The position numbers were made by a program, and so were the translations under genes. Below, in pieces: positions 60,873 through 64,000 of a DNA stretch of 64,000 nt (the stretch's first letter is position 1; every line of letters starts with the position of its first letter). The stretch spans positions 23,064,001-23,128,000 of the forward strand of contig OZ024748.1 of assembly GCA_964016885.1 (NCBI GenBank), in the 5' to 3' direction. The notes beneath the pieces are model-generated. The model ran no database searches. It had not been told where the DNA came from and was given only the letters and a program-made list of their open reading frames with translations. Source of the stretch: Eledone cirrhosa (lineage: Eukaryota).

Positions 60873-61485
60873 TAATGTATAGTTTTACTCGAAAATATAT
60901 TTATTTGAAAGAAGGTGGACACATTTTATTTATAATATAAATATGTTTATTTCAAAGAAAGTGTCACATATATTATAACGTCTTTTAAATAGAAGTTAAG
61001 ATTTGCACTGTCATCTGCTAGATCACCCCCACACAGCCTCTCTCGTTACTTTGAACCAGTTAGAACTCGTTCATCAACAGGATTCCAACATGTCTGGCTT
61101 CCTGAAAGATTCTTCCTTATAAAGCTTCCTTTCATTAATCTCCTTTCTCCTTTCCTTTCTCCAGATGTTTCCTATTTCAACAGCCCTTGCCCTCTTCTTT
61201 TCCTCGTCTCTTATTTTTACATTTTATCACCTTTTCCTGCTGATGGATGGTTATATACAGAGTTAGCTACATACATACATTTATACATATATATGTACAT
61301 ACTATACATACATATATACATATATATATGTACATACATACATACAAGCATACATACATACATACATATGTACATACATACATACATGCATACATACATA
61401 TGTACATACATACATATATATGTACATACATATATATATGTACATATATACATACATACACATGTACATACATATATATGTACAT

Positions 61486-62090
61486 GGTGGCTGCCAACTC
61501 GTTTTCGAGTGCGGCAACTACTTTATATCCATGTAAGAGAACCCCTACCGATACGCTGAACGAGTGTGACGTTTTAGTCCAGCCAGTGACTTGAAAACTC
61601 TGGTACAAACACTACACTTGTGACAATTATTGACACATAGTGCTGGGCTCATGTTACCATATGACGACAAGTGTAGAGAGATCTCCAGATATAAAGCAAT
61701 GCCTGTGCCGTGAAGCTTTTATAGTGAGCAAAGGCACTGCACAAAGCCAGTCCCACTCTCTTAACCAAGATGATATTTACCAAAAAGAAGAACAAGTCAA
61801 CATCATTGGATACCATCAAGGTTGCAGGTGTTATATCAGAGTTTTCCTTCTCCCAGAATTCTGCCTTGACAAAAGCTAAGGGGTCATCTCTCCTGGTTAT
61901 TTTGGATGGCCATTGACTCTTAAGAGCTCCTTTGGCCTTTGACAGGTTTTTTTTTTGTCCTGCAGGATGTCCAAAGTCACCCTCCTCACCAAGAAACCTT
62001 GGTGGGGTTGCCAGTTTAGTCGCCAACGACCCGACCATGAGACAGGTTGTACTCGGATACATGTTACCAGGAGCACCAACTGGTGACCTG
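61486..62090 (-). mobile_element. Internally deleted RTE-like non-autonomous element, longest copy
   Basis: The 3' part encodes a C-terminal C2H2 finger typical of RTE ORFs and has a (TATG)n tail; the 5' part is non-coding. Confidence 0.65.
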
Positions 62091-62114
62091 ACATACATAC
62101 ATACATACATACAT

Positions 62115-62382
62115 GGTGGCTGCCAACTCGTTCTCGAGTACGGCCACTACTTTATACCCATGTAGGAGAACCCCTACCGATGCGCTGAACGAGTGTGACT
62201 TGTTAGTCCAGCCAGCGACTTGAGAACTCTGGTACAAACACTACACTTGTGACAATTATTTACACATAGTGCTGGGCCCTTGGTACCATGTGACGACAAG
62301 TGCAGAGATCTCCAGATATAAAGCAATGCCTGTGCCGGGAAGCTTTTATAGTGAGCAAAGGCACTGCACAAAGCCAGTCCCA
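62115..62382 (-). mobile_element. Same RTE-like element, 5'-truncated
   Basis: Encodes CSVCTRVLKSLAGLTSHTRSAHR*; (TATG)n tail. Confidence 0.7.
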
Positions 62383-62397
62383 CATACATACATACAT

Positions 62398-62808
62398 GGT
62401 GGCTGCCAACTCGTTTTCGAGTACGGCCACTACTTTATATCCATGTAGGAAAACTCCTACCGATGCGCTGAACGAGTGTGGATTTTTAGTCCAGCCAGCG
62501 ACTTGAAAACTCTGGTACAAACACTACACTTGTGACAATTATTTACACATAGTGCTGGGCCCATGGTACCATGTGACGACAAGTGCAGAGAGATCTCCAG
62601 ATATAAAGCAATGCCTGTGCCGTGAAGCTTTTATAGTGAGCAAAGGCACTGCACAAAGCCAGTCCCACTCTCTTAACCAAGATGATATTTACCAAAAAGA
62701 AGAACAAGTCAACATCATTGGATACCATCAGGGTTGCAGGTGTTATATCAGAGTTTTCCTTCTCCTAGAATTCTGCCTTGACAAAGGCTAAGGGGTCATC
62801 TCTCCCGG
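62398..62808 (-). mobile_element. Same RTE-like element, 5'-truncated
   Basis: Colinear with 61486-61895. Confidence 0.7.
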
Positions 62809-63040
62809 ATATATACATTCATACATACACACACATTCAGCCACTTACACACACGCTCACACGTAAACACACATATATGTACACAAAATATAAACACACT
62901 CATCATGCGTAAACATCCATACATGCACACATACATACATGCACACATACATACACACATACATACATGCACACATACATACACAAACACACTTACATAC
63001 ATGCATACATACACACACATGCATACATATATACATACAT

Positions 63041-63576
<536 letters not shown>

Positions 63577-63870
63577 TATATATATATATATGCAAAGAAA
63601 ATGACACAGTGCAATGAAGAAATATATTAGTTTTACGCTTGATATAGTAGGAAAAGGGCCTTAATATTTCAGACGCTATTCCTTCACCAGAAAATACAAT
63701 GAGAAATCAAAGAACAATTAGAAAGATAGAGGAGAATGGGCAGCGGAAGAAAAGAAAAAAAATTCTTTGAGAAAAACAGGTCTATTCCGCCGTTGTTGTA
63801 TAGGAAAATCAGTTGATCCTGTTTGAAAAGGCAGTGATCGAACGCGTCTAGCTGAAAAGGAAAAAAGTCG

Positions 63871-63973
<103 letters not shown>

Positions 63974-64000
63974 CAGTTTACGAAAGTCACTGATGTTATT

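Overview
Repeat-saturated, essentially non-coding eukaryotic DNA. The microsatellite load and SINE families suggest a coleoid cephalopod (Octopus-like), which is an inference. Nearly all ORFs in the track are translations of simple repeats, and no host gene can be called with confidence. Conventional content: four tandem satellites (60, 55, 61 and 15 bp units), many tRNA-derived SINEs, 3' ends of R4/Dong and Tx1 LINEs in (TAA)n, a tandem trio of internally deleted RTE-like elements, a composite Helitron and a few MITEs. The main finding is a set of short non-coding elements in (TA)n tracts, from at least five sequence families. They share the layout (TA)n - inverted arm - direct arm - 65-125 bp tail - (TA)n. 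Most carry type I hammerhead ribozyme motifs (CUGANGA...GAAA, palindromic stem III, UH site), read here by eye with covarying stems. One locus (56762-57762) is an inverted fragment plus two 429-bp tandem monomers, each with a hammerhead, which is the layout expected of a retrozyme or non-autonomous Penelope-like element able to release a 429-nt RNA. In one family the DNA fold-back axis sits on the ribozyme's own stem II loop. Ribozyme activity and family assignments are untested.
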